Positions 11,043-21,038 of a stretch of DNA of 64,000 nucleotides are shown piece by piece (the stretch's first letter is position 1; the number at the start of each line of letters is the position of its first letter). The stretch lies in IMG/VR virus record IMGVR_UViG_3300025133_000024; one strand, given 5' to 3'. The notes under the pieces were generated by a model. It searched no databases, was not told the origin of the DNA, and was given only the letters and a program-made list of their open reading frames with translations. Made by a program: the position numbers and the translations under genes. This DNA is from a virus.

Positions 11043-11779
11043 TAAAGTTCTTGCTCCGTATTTCTTAAAACTGTTATAGGTTGATACATTGTTGACTTAG
11101 CATTATTAACCATATTGTCGAACGAATTTGAAGAAAATCCATATTGTTTTACTTTCTCCCAACCATCAATCAATAAAGGAAATCTAACTGCACCATAAAC
11201 ACGATGAACATTCCAAAATAACATATCCTTCCCAATTGGAACAGATAAAAATAAGAGGCCATCCTTTTTAAGATATGTTTTTAATTCTTTCATTGATTTT
11301 AAATCACCATTGGGGTTTATAGGGTCTCCACATCTTCCAAGTCCATCATGCTCAACAGAACTAATTGAAAAACATACATCATATTCATCTTCCTTTAGTT
11401 CCCACGGTTTAGTGTATTTTACTTTATCATTGAAGCTTTCTCTATTAGAATATTCAGAGACAATCACTTCTTTTGCTCCAAAATACAAAGCGATAGCTTC
11501 ATACCAAGGATAAGTCGAACCAACAATCAAGACTTTTTTATCTTTAATTGGATAGTCAAACAAAGATTGATACATCCAAGTGTCTGTCTTTCCATAATAA
11601 TTTGTTTCTCTTCGTTCAACTCTTTCCAGACTTTTTTGAAAGTTTTCCTCTGTAAAGTTTTGATTAATAATGTATTGAATAGACGACGAAGAATCATCTC
11701 TTATTTCAATCTCTACAGGAATCTCTCCATTACGTGTAAATTCCTGTAACATTTCTACAGGAAAATCTAAACCACTCAT
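11042..11779 (-). CDS. DUF268-like methyltransferase-fold protein
   Basis: VLIVGSTYPWYEAIAL, SISSVEHDGLGRCGDPINPNGDL, VHRVYGAVR. Confidence 0.75.
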   Translation of the reverse strand: MSGLDFPVEMLQEFTRNGEIPVEIEIRDDSSSSIQYIINQNFTEENFQKSLERVERRETNYYGKTDTWMYQSLFDYPIKDKKVLIVGSTYPWYEAIALYFGAKEVIVSEYSNRESFNDKVKYTKPWELKEDEYDVCFSISSVEHDGLGRCGDPINPNGDLKSMKELKTYLKKDGLLFLSVPIGKDMLFWNVHRVYGAVRFPLLIDGWEKVKQYGFSSNSFDNMVNNAKSTMYQPITVLRNTEQEL

Positions 11780-12411
11780 TACTTAACAACCTCATTCTTT
11801 TCAAATAATTTAAATTCTTTTAAATCTCTATAAGGAGGGTCTTCAATCAAATCATCCATATCTTCAGGGTAATTCTGAAGGAGCATTAAACCTCTTGCTG
11901 CATCAATAGGACTCATGTACATATTATATCCCATAAGTTCAATATCATCGTCGTGATATTTTACCTCAGACCGACCTTCATATCTCATTTTCTTAAACCA
12001 TTCATAAGCCTCTTTATCATCACAAAGAATCATTCCACCTTTTCCAATTGAAAGATGTTTCTTAATGTGAAAAGACAAACACATAAATGATTTTTCAATA
12101 TACATATTTGATGTTAATCTTTTTGCTGCATCATACACTGGAAGGGGGTCTAATTGATACACACCTTTCCATTCATAATCTTTAAAATTAACTCTATAAC
12201 CGGCTCTCATGATTGATTGAGGAACAGATAGATAAGTTCGCTGAGGGATGGTTACTTCTAAATGTGCAGTTTGTTTCTTTTGCCATTTACAACAAAGAAA
12301 TAAAGCATTTGTGCAAGAATCAAGAGCAACAGCATATTTTGCTCCGGTATAATCACACATTGCATCTTCGAACATCTTTACAATATTAAACGGATTATTT
12401 TTCTTTTTCAT
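11779..12411 (-). CDS. short DegT/DnrJ/EryC1/StrS PLP aminotransferase
   Basis: AVALDSCTNAL, YDAA, SFHIKKHLSIGKGGMIL, GYNMYM. Confidence 0.8.
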   Translation of the reverse strand: MKKKNNPFNIVKMFEDAMCDYTGAKYAVALDSCTNALFLCCKWQKKQTAHLEVTIPQRTYLSVPQSIMRAGYRVNFKDYEWKGVYQLDPLPVYDAAKRLTSNMYIEKSFMCLSFHIKKHLSIGKGGMILCDDKEAYEWFKKMRYEGRSEVKYHDDDIELMGYNMYMSPIDAARGLMLLQNYPEDMDDLIEDPPYRDLKEFKLFEKNEVVK

Positions 12412-12748
12412 TTCTTTCTTCCAAATGATTCTTTAATTCAACTGCTCTCATGTTAGCATCATAATTATACACACCAGTTAATTTAGGATACTTCTCTTTT
12501 GATTCTTTTTTATCAAAATACTTATGAACTTCATCAAGAGAACTAAACTTGAGAATATGTGTTGAGGGCATAGCATCAGGTGGCAGAAGAGTAGTCCTTG
12601 ATTCATATCCCCAGGGAATAATACCAAACAAATAATGCTTAACTAGATAAAAACAACTTCCATCCCAATTTTCATATCTTTCAAGTATCCTTGTTACCAT
12701 CATCTTTCTCCAAAACATAATATTTTGTTTTAAAACCACATTTCTCAA
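12395..12748 (-). CDS. hypothetical protein
   Basis: ORF in operon. Confidence 0.55.
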   Translation of the reverse strand: MRNVVLKQNIMFWRKMMVTRILERYENWDGSCFYLVKHYLFGIIPWGYESRTTLLPPDAMPSTHILKFSSLDEVHKYFDKKESKEKYPKLTGVYNYDANMRAVELKNHLEERNEKEK

Positions 12749-13124
12749 ACAGTTTCAAACTTGCTTCATTCGTGATTTTTACTTTTGCCGAGAATTTTTC
12801 TTCCATCTCCAAAAGAGATTTTACCATAAATTCACCAACACCTTTTCCTTTGTGGTCAGGATGAACAGCCAACCTTACATCACCATCAATAATTCCAATA
12901 AAGCCGACCGGGAAATCTAAAAAACCTTTTTCGTTACTCCATCTCCTCCTAATAAAGCAAATCCAGTAATCATCAATATGTTTTTTAAGATATTTTTTTT
13001 GCTCTCTGTCCGTTGGAATCTCTTGGTTAACAAAATTTTCAATATTTTCCTTACAATACCTCAAATTCTTGATAAAAGACCAATCATTAAATGTACAAGA
13101 TTTTAACACATACTTACCAGACAT
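12681..13124 (-). CDS. GNAT acetyltransferase
   Basis: AVHPDHKGKGVG, NEASLKLFEKCGF. Confidence 0.85.
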   Translation of the reverse strand: MSGKYVLKSCTFNDWSFIKNLRYCKENIENFVNQEIPTDREQKKYLKKHIDDYWICFIRRRWSNEKGFLDFPVGFIGIIDGDVRLAVHPDHKGKGVGEFMVKSLLEMEEKFSAKVKITNEASLKLFEKCGFKTKYYVLEKDDGNKDT

Positions 13125-13914
13125 CTATCTGCTCTCCATATCTGTTTTTTTCTCCAAACCAATATGCTCTCAAATAATCTCTTGTATGTTTCCAGCCTTC
13201 CATTTTACTACCCAAATAAGGATTCAATGCAGAACCAATATCAAGATAGGTGTTGCTTGGAAACTCCTTAAAACACTCATAGATAACAAAATTTGACAAT
13301 GAAGCAGCAGAACACAAAATCAAGTGGTTCTCTATTTTATTGTCTCTTATATAATCTTTAATCTCTTCTGTTATATCAAAGTTGTTGACCATGCAGTTTG
13401 AACCGATGTTAAATCTCTTTTTAACATTAAATGGTAAACCAGATAAATCAGCCCTTTCATTAACCACATACAATATATCATATTTAGGAAAAATCTTGGC
13501 TACAATTTCTTCAATAAATTTCTTATAATTTGCGTTAATAAAAAGATTGGCAAAAGTTAAGTTACCTTCATATTGCTCATTTGATAACTTAACCTGCAAA
13601 TCAAAGTCTTCTTCACCAACATCCACTTTACCTGAGAGTCCTTTAAAATATCCCTTTTGGACATACTGTAAGCACTCTTTTAATTTATTGTGAACATGGG
13701 GGTGGTGTTCAGGGTCAAAATGTTTTTGTTCTTCCGGTGTATAAACATTTGCACCGGCTCGTTGACCTGTAACAAAAAAATTAGAACCCAAAACAACCCT
13801 TTCGTTCTTCAAAATAAAAAGCTCTCCGTCTGAGAACCTTGAAAAGGCGAAGGGTTGTTTTGTTTCTAACTTATGCTTGAATTTATTAAATTCTTCTTTA
13901 AAATCTTTGGACAT
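13114..13914 (-). CDS. putative GT-D fold (DUF1792-like) glycosyltransferase
   Basis: FSRFSDGE motif, YLDIGSAL. Confidence 0.5.
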   Translation of the reverse strand: MSKDFKEEFNKFKHKLETKQPFAFSRFSDGELFILKNERVVLGSNFFVTGQRAGANVYTPEEQKHFDPEHHPHVHNKLKECLQYVQKGYFKGLSGKVDVGEEDFDLQVKLSNEQYEGNLTFANLFINANYKKFIEEIVAKIFPKYDILYVVNERADLSGLPFNVKKRFNIGSNCMVNNFDITEEIKDYIRDNKIENHLILCSAASLSNFVIYECFKEFPSNTYLDIGSALNPYLGSKMEGWKHTRDYLRAYWFGEKNRYGEQIDVW

Positions 13915-13923
13915 TTTCTTGCT

Positions 13924-14622
13924 TTATGCGGTCCAGGTTTTGTTATAATCTTCCACAATATCACCATTTACAACTTTAATACGACGAACTGTAAATGTAC
14001 TTTTAACCTTAGGTTTTTGAGCTTGTCCTGGGGGAGTGATGTCCACTTTATGAATTGTCTTTGTTTCAGACCTTGGACAAAATGAACATCCATCGCGAGG
14101 ACCACAATCACAAGTTCTTGTTGTTTGATTTTTTCGATTCAATCGCTCTTTAAGTTTATCAACAGTTTGAGAAAGGGTTTTTAATTGATTTAAAACTTCT
14201 TCTTTTTTCTTGTTAAATTCTTTGGTTTTTGGTCTTTGGGTTCGTTCATAATTTGGCACAACCTTCTCACAGTTCAAATAACATGGTCCTGCACCAACAG
14301 GACAATGGCCACATTTTTCAGAAGCAAGTTTAATGTGACCAGGGTCTACTTGTGATGCATCAAACCTTACCTTTTCACAATCCAAATCACATGGTTGACC
14401 TTCATTTGGACAAAGTGAGCATTTGCTGTGACCAACTTTCATGCTTCCATCTTTAATAGCTTTAGAGATTTTATCCATTTCTCTTTGCAAAGGTGTTGGC
14501 CTTGACAACCACCATGAAACACCGACCACCATTAAAACTGCTGTGGCGCACATTACTAAAGCGGCAACATCAGCTTGATGAGTTGACATCCAATGTACAA
14601 TTTGACTTAAAGTTTCTTTCAT
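13924..14622 (-). CDS. membrane-anchored cysteine-rich protein
   Basis: N-terminal TM helix; two KCxxCP-x4-PCxLxCEKV repeats. Confidence 0.7.
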   Translation of the reverse strand: MKETLSQIVHWMSTHQADVAALVMCATAVLMVVGVSWWLSRPTPLQREMDKISKAIKDGSMKVGHSKCSLCPNEGQPCDLDCEKVRFDASQVDPGHIKLASEKCGHCPVGAGPCYLNCEKVVPNYERTQRPKTKEFNKKKEEVLNQLKTLSQTVDKLKERLNRKNQTTRTCDCGPRDGCSFCPRSETKTIHKVDITPPGQAQKPKVKSTFTVRRIKVVNGDIVEDYNKTWTA

Positions 14623-14636
14623 TTTTGTTTCCTCTT

Positions 14637-15671
14637 TTAAATGATTTTCTTTAAAATTTCGTAAACTTTCTCAGCCGTATCTCCATCCCCATAAGGGCTA
14701 GACATATACTGATAATTTTCAAAGGTTCCTATTGATTTCTCAAATTCTGTTTTTAATTCTTGTGGGTCTTCAATAAAAGTTGTAAATTCATCAATCCTTT
14801 CAGATTCATTTTGTTTTCGACATAAAAATACTTTTTTTCCTAAAAACGTTGACTCTTCTTGAACACCTCCACTATCTGTTATAACACACATACAATTAGC
14901 AAGTTCTTCAATAAACCCTTCATGATTCAAAGGTTCACATACATTTACCTCCTTAAAGACGTCCTTGTGCTTTTGAACATTAGGATTCGGATGCATAGGT
15001 AATAAAAACTCATATTCAGGGAAAGAAACTGCCAAACCCTCAATAACCTCGAACAACTGCCTCATTATACCATGATTCTCCCTGCGATGCAAGGTCACTA
15101 GCACTTTTTTTCGGTAACAAGAAGTTTTGGCGTCTCTTATGTTGTTCAAGCAAGTGTTTCCGACAATATGTTTTTTCCCATCAATTTTTTCAAATTGGAG
15201 CTTTGTCACTTCAAACTTTGTTGGACAAAAATGATAATCTGCCATGACCGATATTGAACGACGATAAAATTCTTCTGGGAAGGGTGACTTATTATTGTTC
15301 GTCCTCATTCCGGCTTCCAAATGCAAAATTGGAATTTGCTTGTGAAATGTTGCCAATGCTATCGAAAAAGCCGATGCAGTGTCACCTTGAACCAAAACAT
15401 GTGTGACATCTTCCCAAATATCCTTTTGAAAATCAAATTCAGAAACAATCGAACATGTTAAATCATTTAATCGATTGGTATGCGACTCATTCCATTCATC
15501 TAAATTACCAATTGGCAATGTTATAAAATCATATTCAATCTCATCAACAATATCTTTATGTTGACCAGTAAACAAAAGCTTATAAGGAATGTCCCTTTTT
15601 TGTTCTAAAATGTTCACAACAGATTTAATTTTCAACCACTCGGGTCGCGTCCCAAAAGATATTAATAACAT
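14637..15671 (-). CDS. wecB: UDP-N-acetylglucosamine 2-epimerase
   Basis: FGTRPE, VQGDT, HLEAGMRT, PFPEE, TLHRREN, TDSGGVQEE. Confidence 0.95.
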   Translation of the reverse strand: MLLISFGTRPEWLKIKSVVNILEQKRDIPYKLLFTGQHKDIVDEIEYDFITLPIGNLDEWNESHTNRLNDLTCSIVSEFDFQKDIWEDVTHVLVQGDTASAFSIALATFHKQIPILHLEAGMRTNNNKSPFPEEFYRRSISVMADYHFCPTKFEVTKLQFEKIDGKKHIVGNTCLNNIRDAKTSCYRKKVLVTLHRRENHGIMRQLFEVIEGLAVSFPEYEFLLPMHPNPNVQKHKDVFKEVNVCEPLNHEGFIEELANCMCVITDSGGVQEESTFLGKKVFLCRKQNESERIDEFTTFIEDPQELKTEFEKSIGTFENYQYMSSPYGDGDTAEKVYEILKKII

Positions 15672-15674
15672 TTA
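15648..15674. repeat. 27-bp direct repeat, copy 1 (start of wecB)
   Basis: cgtcccaaaagatattaataacattta; 26/27 identical to 16398-16424. Confidence 0.9.
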
Positions 15675-16379
15675 TTAAACCATTTCGCTTTTATAAACCG
15701 ACATCATTTTCCTAACTTCATGTGCGGATAATTCTTTTACTTGTCTCAAAATTTCCTTTCTTTTTTCAGGTCCATGTTTTTTTACAGCAAGTTTTATTAA
15801 TAAACGACGGCTATCTTCAGGCATATCTGAAAGGGCATTATTTCTACGCAAAAATTTCATCATTTTGTTACCTGTCATCACAACATCCTGTGTTGTGCTT
15901 CCTTCAAAATAATAATCTCCTGGTTCAGTTGTCATTGGGTGTGTCTCATAATAACCCATATCTTTATATCCAGGATTTCGCCTCCAAGAACTATAATCAT
16001 CATAATCACCAACTTCAATATCGTGAAATATAATTAACATCCCATATTCTTTTACCATATCTTCCGTAACATCGTTCATATATATACCAAGTTTTTTGCC
16101 AATATGAAATCTCATAGCACCAACACACTTATCTAGCTCTTTCTTGTCTGCCGCAAAAATTAACTCGTATTTTCCACAACCTCCAAGTTCTTCATCTTCA
16201 AAATCTATTGAGCACCCATAGGCGTCTTTTACCCAATCACCTATATCACCTATAACTCCAATATCTTCAATTGATTTTTTATAATCAGTTATTGTTCCAT
16301 GATAAAGATGTCTCTCATTACCCTCCTCAGATAAAATAAATTTATTCCATTCCGATATAAAACTTTTTTTTGAATTCAT
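15675..16379 (-). CDS. putative ADP-ribosyltransferase-fold (Tpt1/KptA-like) protein
   Basis: LYHGT....KSIEDIG motif near N-terminus. Confidence 0.5.
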   Translation of the reverse strand: MNSKKSFISEWNKFILSEEGNERHLYHGTITDYKKSIEDIGVIGDIGDWVKDAYGCSIDFEDEELGGCGKYELIFAADKKELDKCVGAMRFHIGKKLGIYMNDVTEDMVKEYGMLIIFHDIEVGDYDDYSSWRRNPGYKDMGYYETHPMTTEPGDYYFEGSTTQDVVMTGNKMMKFLRRNNALSDMPEDSRRLLIKLAVKKHGPEKRKEILRQVKELSAHEVRKMMSVYKSEMV

Positions 16380-16397
16380 TTAGGTTTATCCTCTTTT

Positions 16398-16424
16398 CGT
16401 CCCAAAAGATATTAATAGCATTTA
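16398..16424. repeat. 27-bp direct repeat, copy 2
   Basis: cgtcccaaaagatattaatagcattta; encodes MLLISFGT stub identical to WecB N-terminus. Confidence 0.9.
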
Positions 16425-16579
16425 CCAAAAATCTCCTCTAACCATTTATCAACTTCATCATCAATTTCATCCCATTCAACACCTATTGGCTCCAATTCTA
16501 CAGGTTTATTAATAAATCTCTTTGGAATCTCGAATGTCTCTTACATATGTTTCAACCAATCACTTAAGTTATCAAACAT
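16412..16579 (-). pseudogene. small acidic ORF interrupted by in-frame TAA
   Basis: MFDNLSDWLKHM*ETFEIPKRF...LEEIFGKCY*. Confidence 0.4.
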
Positions 16580-17336
16580 TGTTAACTGTTTTCCAGATAG
16601 GATAAGGGTGATTTTGAGCTTTTTTAAATTTATTTTTAAATTCTTGGGGCCAATCATTGTTTATATAAGAATCTTTATCATTTCTTCCCGGTAAATAAAT
16701 TGTATATCCATATTCTTTACATAATTTGTAAACTTTATACACAAAATATTCATCAAGGTGTCTAGAAATCTTAACATCGATATTTGAATTTGGAGTTACT
16801 GTAATTCCAATCCTATTTTGCAACAATTTACAAAACAATTCTACGGTTACTTTATCACACAAATTACAAAAATCCTCCATTGAATCCTTTTTATCATAAC
16901 AAATTTGCTTTTTTAATAATATATTTCCATTGTCGATTTTTTCATTAAGTTCAAAAATCGACACTCCCCATTCACCTTCTGAAAATAGTTTTCCCCAAAC
17001 TAAAGACGCTCCTCCTTTCACATCTGGCAACAAAGCGCCATGATTACCAATGACATAAAATTCACTTATAATAAACTTAGGAACTATCCTTGAATCACCT
17101 GCACACAAAATCACATCAATTTGTTCTGATTTACAAAAAGAATATAAATCTTTCCAGCAATCATTATCAATATATTTAATTTCATTTATTAAACAAAAAT
17201 CTTTTAAATCAACAGAGTTTGTTTTTTTATTTTTTCTAAAAAGAGGTAAAGCAAAAAGACACACAACTTCTTTTTTAATATTTTCCAAAAGAAGTTGTGT
17301 GAGTTTGGTTTCCCCCGTAACAACTATTTTCCGCAT
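16572..17336 (-). CDS. formyltransferase (Fmt-like, probably sugar N-formyltransferase)
   Basis: GNHGALLP..GGASLVW, ELNEKIDNG. Confidence 0.8.
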   Translation of the reverse strand: MRKIVVTGETKLTQLLLENIKKEVVCLFALPLFRKNKKTNSVDLKDFCLINEIKYIDNDCWKDLYSFCKSEQIDVILCAGDSRIVPKFIISEFYVIGNHGALLPDVKGGASLVWGKLFSEGEWGVSIFELNEKIDNGNILLKKQICYDKKDSMEDFCNLCDKVTVELFCKLLQNRIGITVTPNSNIDVKISRHLDEYFVYKVYKLCKEYGYTIYLPGRNDKDSYINNDWPQEFKNKFKKAQNHPYPIWKTVNNV

Positions 17337-17875
17337 ATTGCTTCACACCATCTTTTTGCCATCTCTTTATAACCATCATTTGAAAAATGAACACCATCAA
17401 CATAAAACTTACCCACAGTTGTCATATCTACTACGTAACAACCATGTTCTTCTGCAACATTCTCAATAACTTTATTATATTCGGAAATATAATTTTTATT
17501 ATTAAAATAATGTGGAGAAAAACCAAGTTCCGGTAGCAACGCCATAAAGATATTTTTCTTGAAAATTTTTCCAATTTTAACAAGATACTCTAAATTTTTC
17601 TTATAAATATTAGTTGGTATAGGTAATTTAGTGTCATTTGTACCAACCATAATCGTTAGTATTTTAGAATCATTGTGCCTCCCAATGTCATTCCAAGCAC
17701 GGCGACACAAATCTGAACTTGTGTCGCCATTAATGCCATAATTATGACAAACATAAAATTCACCAGTTTGTTCTTCTAATTTCCTAGATAACTCTACCGG
17801 AAATGACAAGCCAAATTCATCCCTGGCTCCATATGTTAAAGAATCTCCAAGACAAACTACTTCATTCCAAATCAT
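17324..17875 (-). CDS. SGNH/GDSL hydrolase
   Basis: GDSLT, GING, GTND, DGVHF. Confidence 0.9.
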   Translation of the reverse strand: MIWNEVVCLGDSLTYGARDEFGLSFPVELSRKLEEQTGEFYVCHNYGINGDTSSDLCRRAWNDIGRHNDSKILTIMVGTNDTKLPIPTNIYKKNLEYLVKIGKIFKKNIFMALLPELGFSPHYFNNKNYISEYNKVIENVAEEHGCYVVDMTTVGKFYVDGVHFSNDGYKEMAKRWCEAICGK

Positions 17876-19557
17876 TTATTTTCTCCTACCAAATTCCAAT
17901 TATTTTTTTTACAAAATTTAACAACAAAATCCCTCTCTGAAAAAAATTGTTCATAAGATTTTATTGTGTTGTTTGATGTCGCAACTTTATCAACTCCTAA
18001 CTCATTACCTTTAACACTACCCCACCATCTCTTGTCATTCATAAAATGCGGAGGGACATAAGTCTTAACATTACCATATTTTTGAGCAGTATATGATAAA
18101 AACATGTCTTCTCCATTGTCCCAAGTAGGAGGTTTTTCTTTCCATAAATGAAGCAAATGGTCCCTTCTTAAAAACCACCCATGCCCAACATAATCAACTT
18201 CTTGAACTTTTTCATTAGAATTGGGCCATCCAACCCTATCATCTATTTTTGATGTTGACAAACGATTATCCAAATAATATCCAACTGCTCCCATAATTCC
18301 ATTGTGAGTTTTCATTGTTTTCAGACAATTTTCAAACCAATGAGTTCCAGGGATTGTATCATCATCAAACAACGCAACATATTTTGTATCTGTTAACAAA
18401 GCTGCCGCAAAACGACCATAAAATTTCCAATTATGATTATTGTCAAAAACTTTTATAGGAATTGAACATTGAACATCAGAATGAATTTTATAATTTTTGC
18501 ACCAATTAACAATTTTATCTCGTTCTGTTTTTAAACCATCAGGCATTTTTGAATAATCTGGTTCGTTACACCAAACCCAAATTTCTTTTGGTTTTACAGT
18601 CTGATTTAAAACAGAACAAATTTGTTCTTTTAGGTTTTGAGGTCTAGCATAAAGATTCAAAATAACTGTAATGTCTTCATTGCTTTGAACAATTGTATTA
18701 ACTTTAACATTTTGAACATTAAAGACTTCTTTCAATTTAGCAACAATTTCCTGTGGTTTTTGTTCCATATAATCAATTAAATCTTCTCCTTTGTACTCAG
18801 AGAACCATTTTTCATGAATAGCTCCAACATTAGATGACGTTCTTACTTTGACACCTAGCATCCTTGCTTCCACAATGACTCTAGATAAAGTCTCTAATGT
18901 CTGAGGGAGAAAGAGAAATTCTTTGCAGTTGGAAAGTTGTTCGATAAAAGATTCATAATCACCTTTTATTAGTCGGAATGGCTTTCCATTTCTGGTACAT
19001 GTTTCAACAGCCTTTAGCGTTCCTTTATGAGTAATGTTGGAATCCATGATGGCAACAACATCATCACATTGAACATTCTTAGCGTAGTGTCTGAGGAGGT
19101 TGATATGCTCTTTAGACCATAAATTTCCAGCACAATTATAAGTTTTAACTTGTGGAAGATTTTTGTTTAGAACTTTTTTGTGCAACTCAGATTGACAAAA
19201 CACACTTTTAGCATTATTGTATAATTCTTCGTTAATAATTGCATAGTGTGGGGCTTGATAATCTTTAAAAGCCGATGGATTTCTGTTTTTTAGATATTTG
19301 TGGTCATGCTCATAAATAATGTATTCTCTGTTCTTTTTAACATAAAAAATCACTTCCTGTTTAACATTAATAAAATTAGAGATAATAATTTTATGTTCAG
19401 GAAGTGATTTTAAAAAGTCAAGTGATGCTTCATGTGAACTCATTTTAATAACTTCATGTTTTTGTTCTAGAAGTTCTTCAATCAAAACATGATTACACAT
19501 TTCAGCACCACCTAAGACATTGGGATAAAAGAAATCAGAAATAAAAATAAATCTCAT
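17872..19557 (-). CDS. glycosyltransferase fusion (GT-B-like + GT2/GT-A)
   Basis: GGAE, ETLSRVIVEARMLG; C-terminal FDDD (DxD). Confidence 0.8.
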   Translation of the reverse strand: MRFIFISDFFYPNVLGGAEMCNHVLIEELLEQKHEVIKMSSHEASLDFLKSLPEHKIIISNFINVKQEVIFYVKKNREYIIYEHDHKYLKNRNPSAFKDYQAPHYAIINEELYNNAKSVFCQSELHKKVLNKNLPQVKTYNCAGNLWSKEHINLLRHYAKNVQCDDVVAIMDSNITHKGTLKAVETCTRNGKPFRLIKGDYESFIEQLSNCKEFLFLPQTLETLSRVIVEARMLGVKVRTSSNVGAIHEKWFSEYKGEDLIDYMEQKPQEIVAKLKEVFNVQNVKVNTIVQSNEDITVILNLYARPQNLKEQICSVLNQTVKPKEIWVWCNEPDYSKMPDGLKTERDKIVNWCKNYKIHSDVQCSIPIKVFDNNHNWKFYGRFAAALLTDTKYVALFDDDTIPGTHWFENCLKTMKTHNGIMGAVGYYLDNRLSTSKIDDRVGWPNSNEKVQEVDYVGHGWFLRRDHLLHLWKEKPPTWDNGEDMFLSYTAQKYGNVKTYVPPHFMNDKRWWGSVKGNELGVDKVATSNNTIKSYEQFFSERDFVVKFCKKNNWNLVGENK

Positions 19558-19571
19558 CTTTTACCCCTTTT

Positions 19572-19763
19572 TTAGTCTTGTTTGGTAAGTTTTTCCAGAA
19601 TGAAAACAAGTTTACCAGATTTTTGCCATTCTTTAACTTGATGAACAACATATCCTTGTTGGGCTGCACCATTAAGAACATTGGTAACTTCCATTTCATT
19701 CCAAGACTTCATGTCAAAAGTCTTTACTGCATACTTTCTTTCGTGTTTCATTTCTCTCTCCAA
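19572..19763 (-). CDS. small hypothetical protein (DUF4177-like)
   Basis: LNGAAQQGYVV...FILEK. Confidence 0.5.
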   Translation of the reverse strand: MEREMKHERKYAVKTFDMKSWNEMEVTNVLNGAAQQGYVVHQVKEWQKSGKLVFILEKLTKQD

Positions 19764-19781
19764 TAATATTATTTTGTTTTA

Positions 19782-21038
19782 TTAATCGAATTCTACAATA
19801 TCTTCAGTTTTTTCTTCTACCGAAATACCAAGAGATTCAACAAATTTACGATACATTTTTTGTTGTTCAAATTCTACATTCACCCACTCAGCAAGTTCTT
19901 CAGCTTTCTCAACATACTTTTCATATTCTTTATAAACTTTTCTGAGGGTCATTTTATAACTACCCGGTTTTGGAAAAGACCACTGTGAACCTCTTTCCAA
20001 AACCCCTTCCCACACATGATGGTCAGCAATTGGAGCAAGGTCATAATCAACCGCTGCAAATAATTGCTGAGGAGGAGCTTCACCCCTTTTATAAAGAAAA
20101 TCCAAATGTCCAGACCAATCAACAGCCAAAACAGGAAGTTTGTTTGAAGCTGATTCAAAGGCAGGAAGACCAAAACCCTCAGCATGTGATAGACTTACAA
20201 AACACTTAATCTGAGGGTGAGTGTATAATTCCGATAACTCTTTATCGTTCATGTCCCCATGGAGAAAATAAACTTTGCACTTTCTCCCTTCATATTGCTT
20301 TAGAAGACCTTTTAACTTTTCTTCTGTATAGGTTCTGTCAATATTAGAATTGTTTGATAAATTAGTTTTAACAACCAAACCAACATTTTCATTATCAAAA
20401 AACTCTTCAACCCACCAACAGATTGTGTTCTCCAGATTTTTTCTTGGAGACCATTGAGCCACAACCAAAAAATTAAAATCTGTTGTTAACTTTAACTTGG
20501 AATAATCAAGGTCATCATATGATTTTGCAAGAAGTGTAGGTTCCACAGGATAATTTACAACCTCAATTGGTGTGCCACATTTCATCATCCCGACAACTTC
20601 GTCCTTTTCGTTTCTAACTTGAAGTTTTGTATTTTCAAATGCATATTTTGCATGTTCAGAAACAACAACAATTCTGTCAACGACTTCATTTGATTTCTGC
20701 ATCCATTGCGGAGAAATATGTGTTGTTTCTGTTCCCGCTGTCACTCCAATGTTAACAGGAGCAAGTTTTTCCCACTCTCCAGGAATTGTCACTTGAATTG
20801 ACATATCAAATTGACCACCATTGTGAACATAATGATATGTCTCCTGAATCCTTTGGTCAATCCATTTTCTTTCTATAGTATCTTCCCATAAATAACCTGT
20901 TCGACCCCAATTAATATTCATAATATAAATGTCAAACAAATGTTCAAATTCCCTCAACGCTCTTAATACAAAACGAGCGTTAATTCCGTACCCACTGGTA
21001 CTTAAGGTTGGCCCACGAACCAAAATTTTTCTTCTCAT
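19782..21038 (-). CDS. GT4-family glycosyltransferase
   Basis: SGYG, RKNLE, EGFGLPAFE. Confidence 0.9.
   Translation of the reverse strand: MRRKILVRGPTLSTSGYGINARFVLRALREFEHLFDIYIMNINWGRTGYLWEDTIERKWIDQRIQETYHYVHNGGQFDMSIQVTIPGEWEKLAPVNIGVTAGTETTHISPQWMQKSNEVVDRIVVVSEHAKYAFENTKLQVRNEKDEVVGMMKCGTPIEVVNYPVEPTLLAKSYDDLDYSKLKLTTDFNFLVVAQWSPRKNLENTICWWVEEFFDNENVGLVVKTNLSNNSNIDRTYTEEKLKGLLKQYEGRKCKVYFLHGDMNDKELSELYTHPQIKCFVSLSHAEGFGLPAFESASNKLPVLAVDWSGHLDFLYKRGEAPPQQLFAAVDYDLAPIADHHVWEGVLERGSQWSFPKPGSYKMTLRKVYKEYEKYVEKAEELAEWVNVEFEQQKMYRKFVESLGISVEEKTEDIVEFD

Noticed and set aside
16412-16579. Alternative genetic code (stop recoding)
   Set aside because: Only one in-frame TAA seen; long genes are intact under code 11 and end with all three stops
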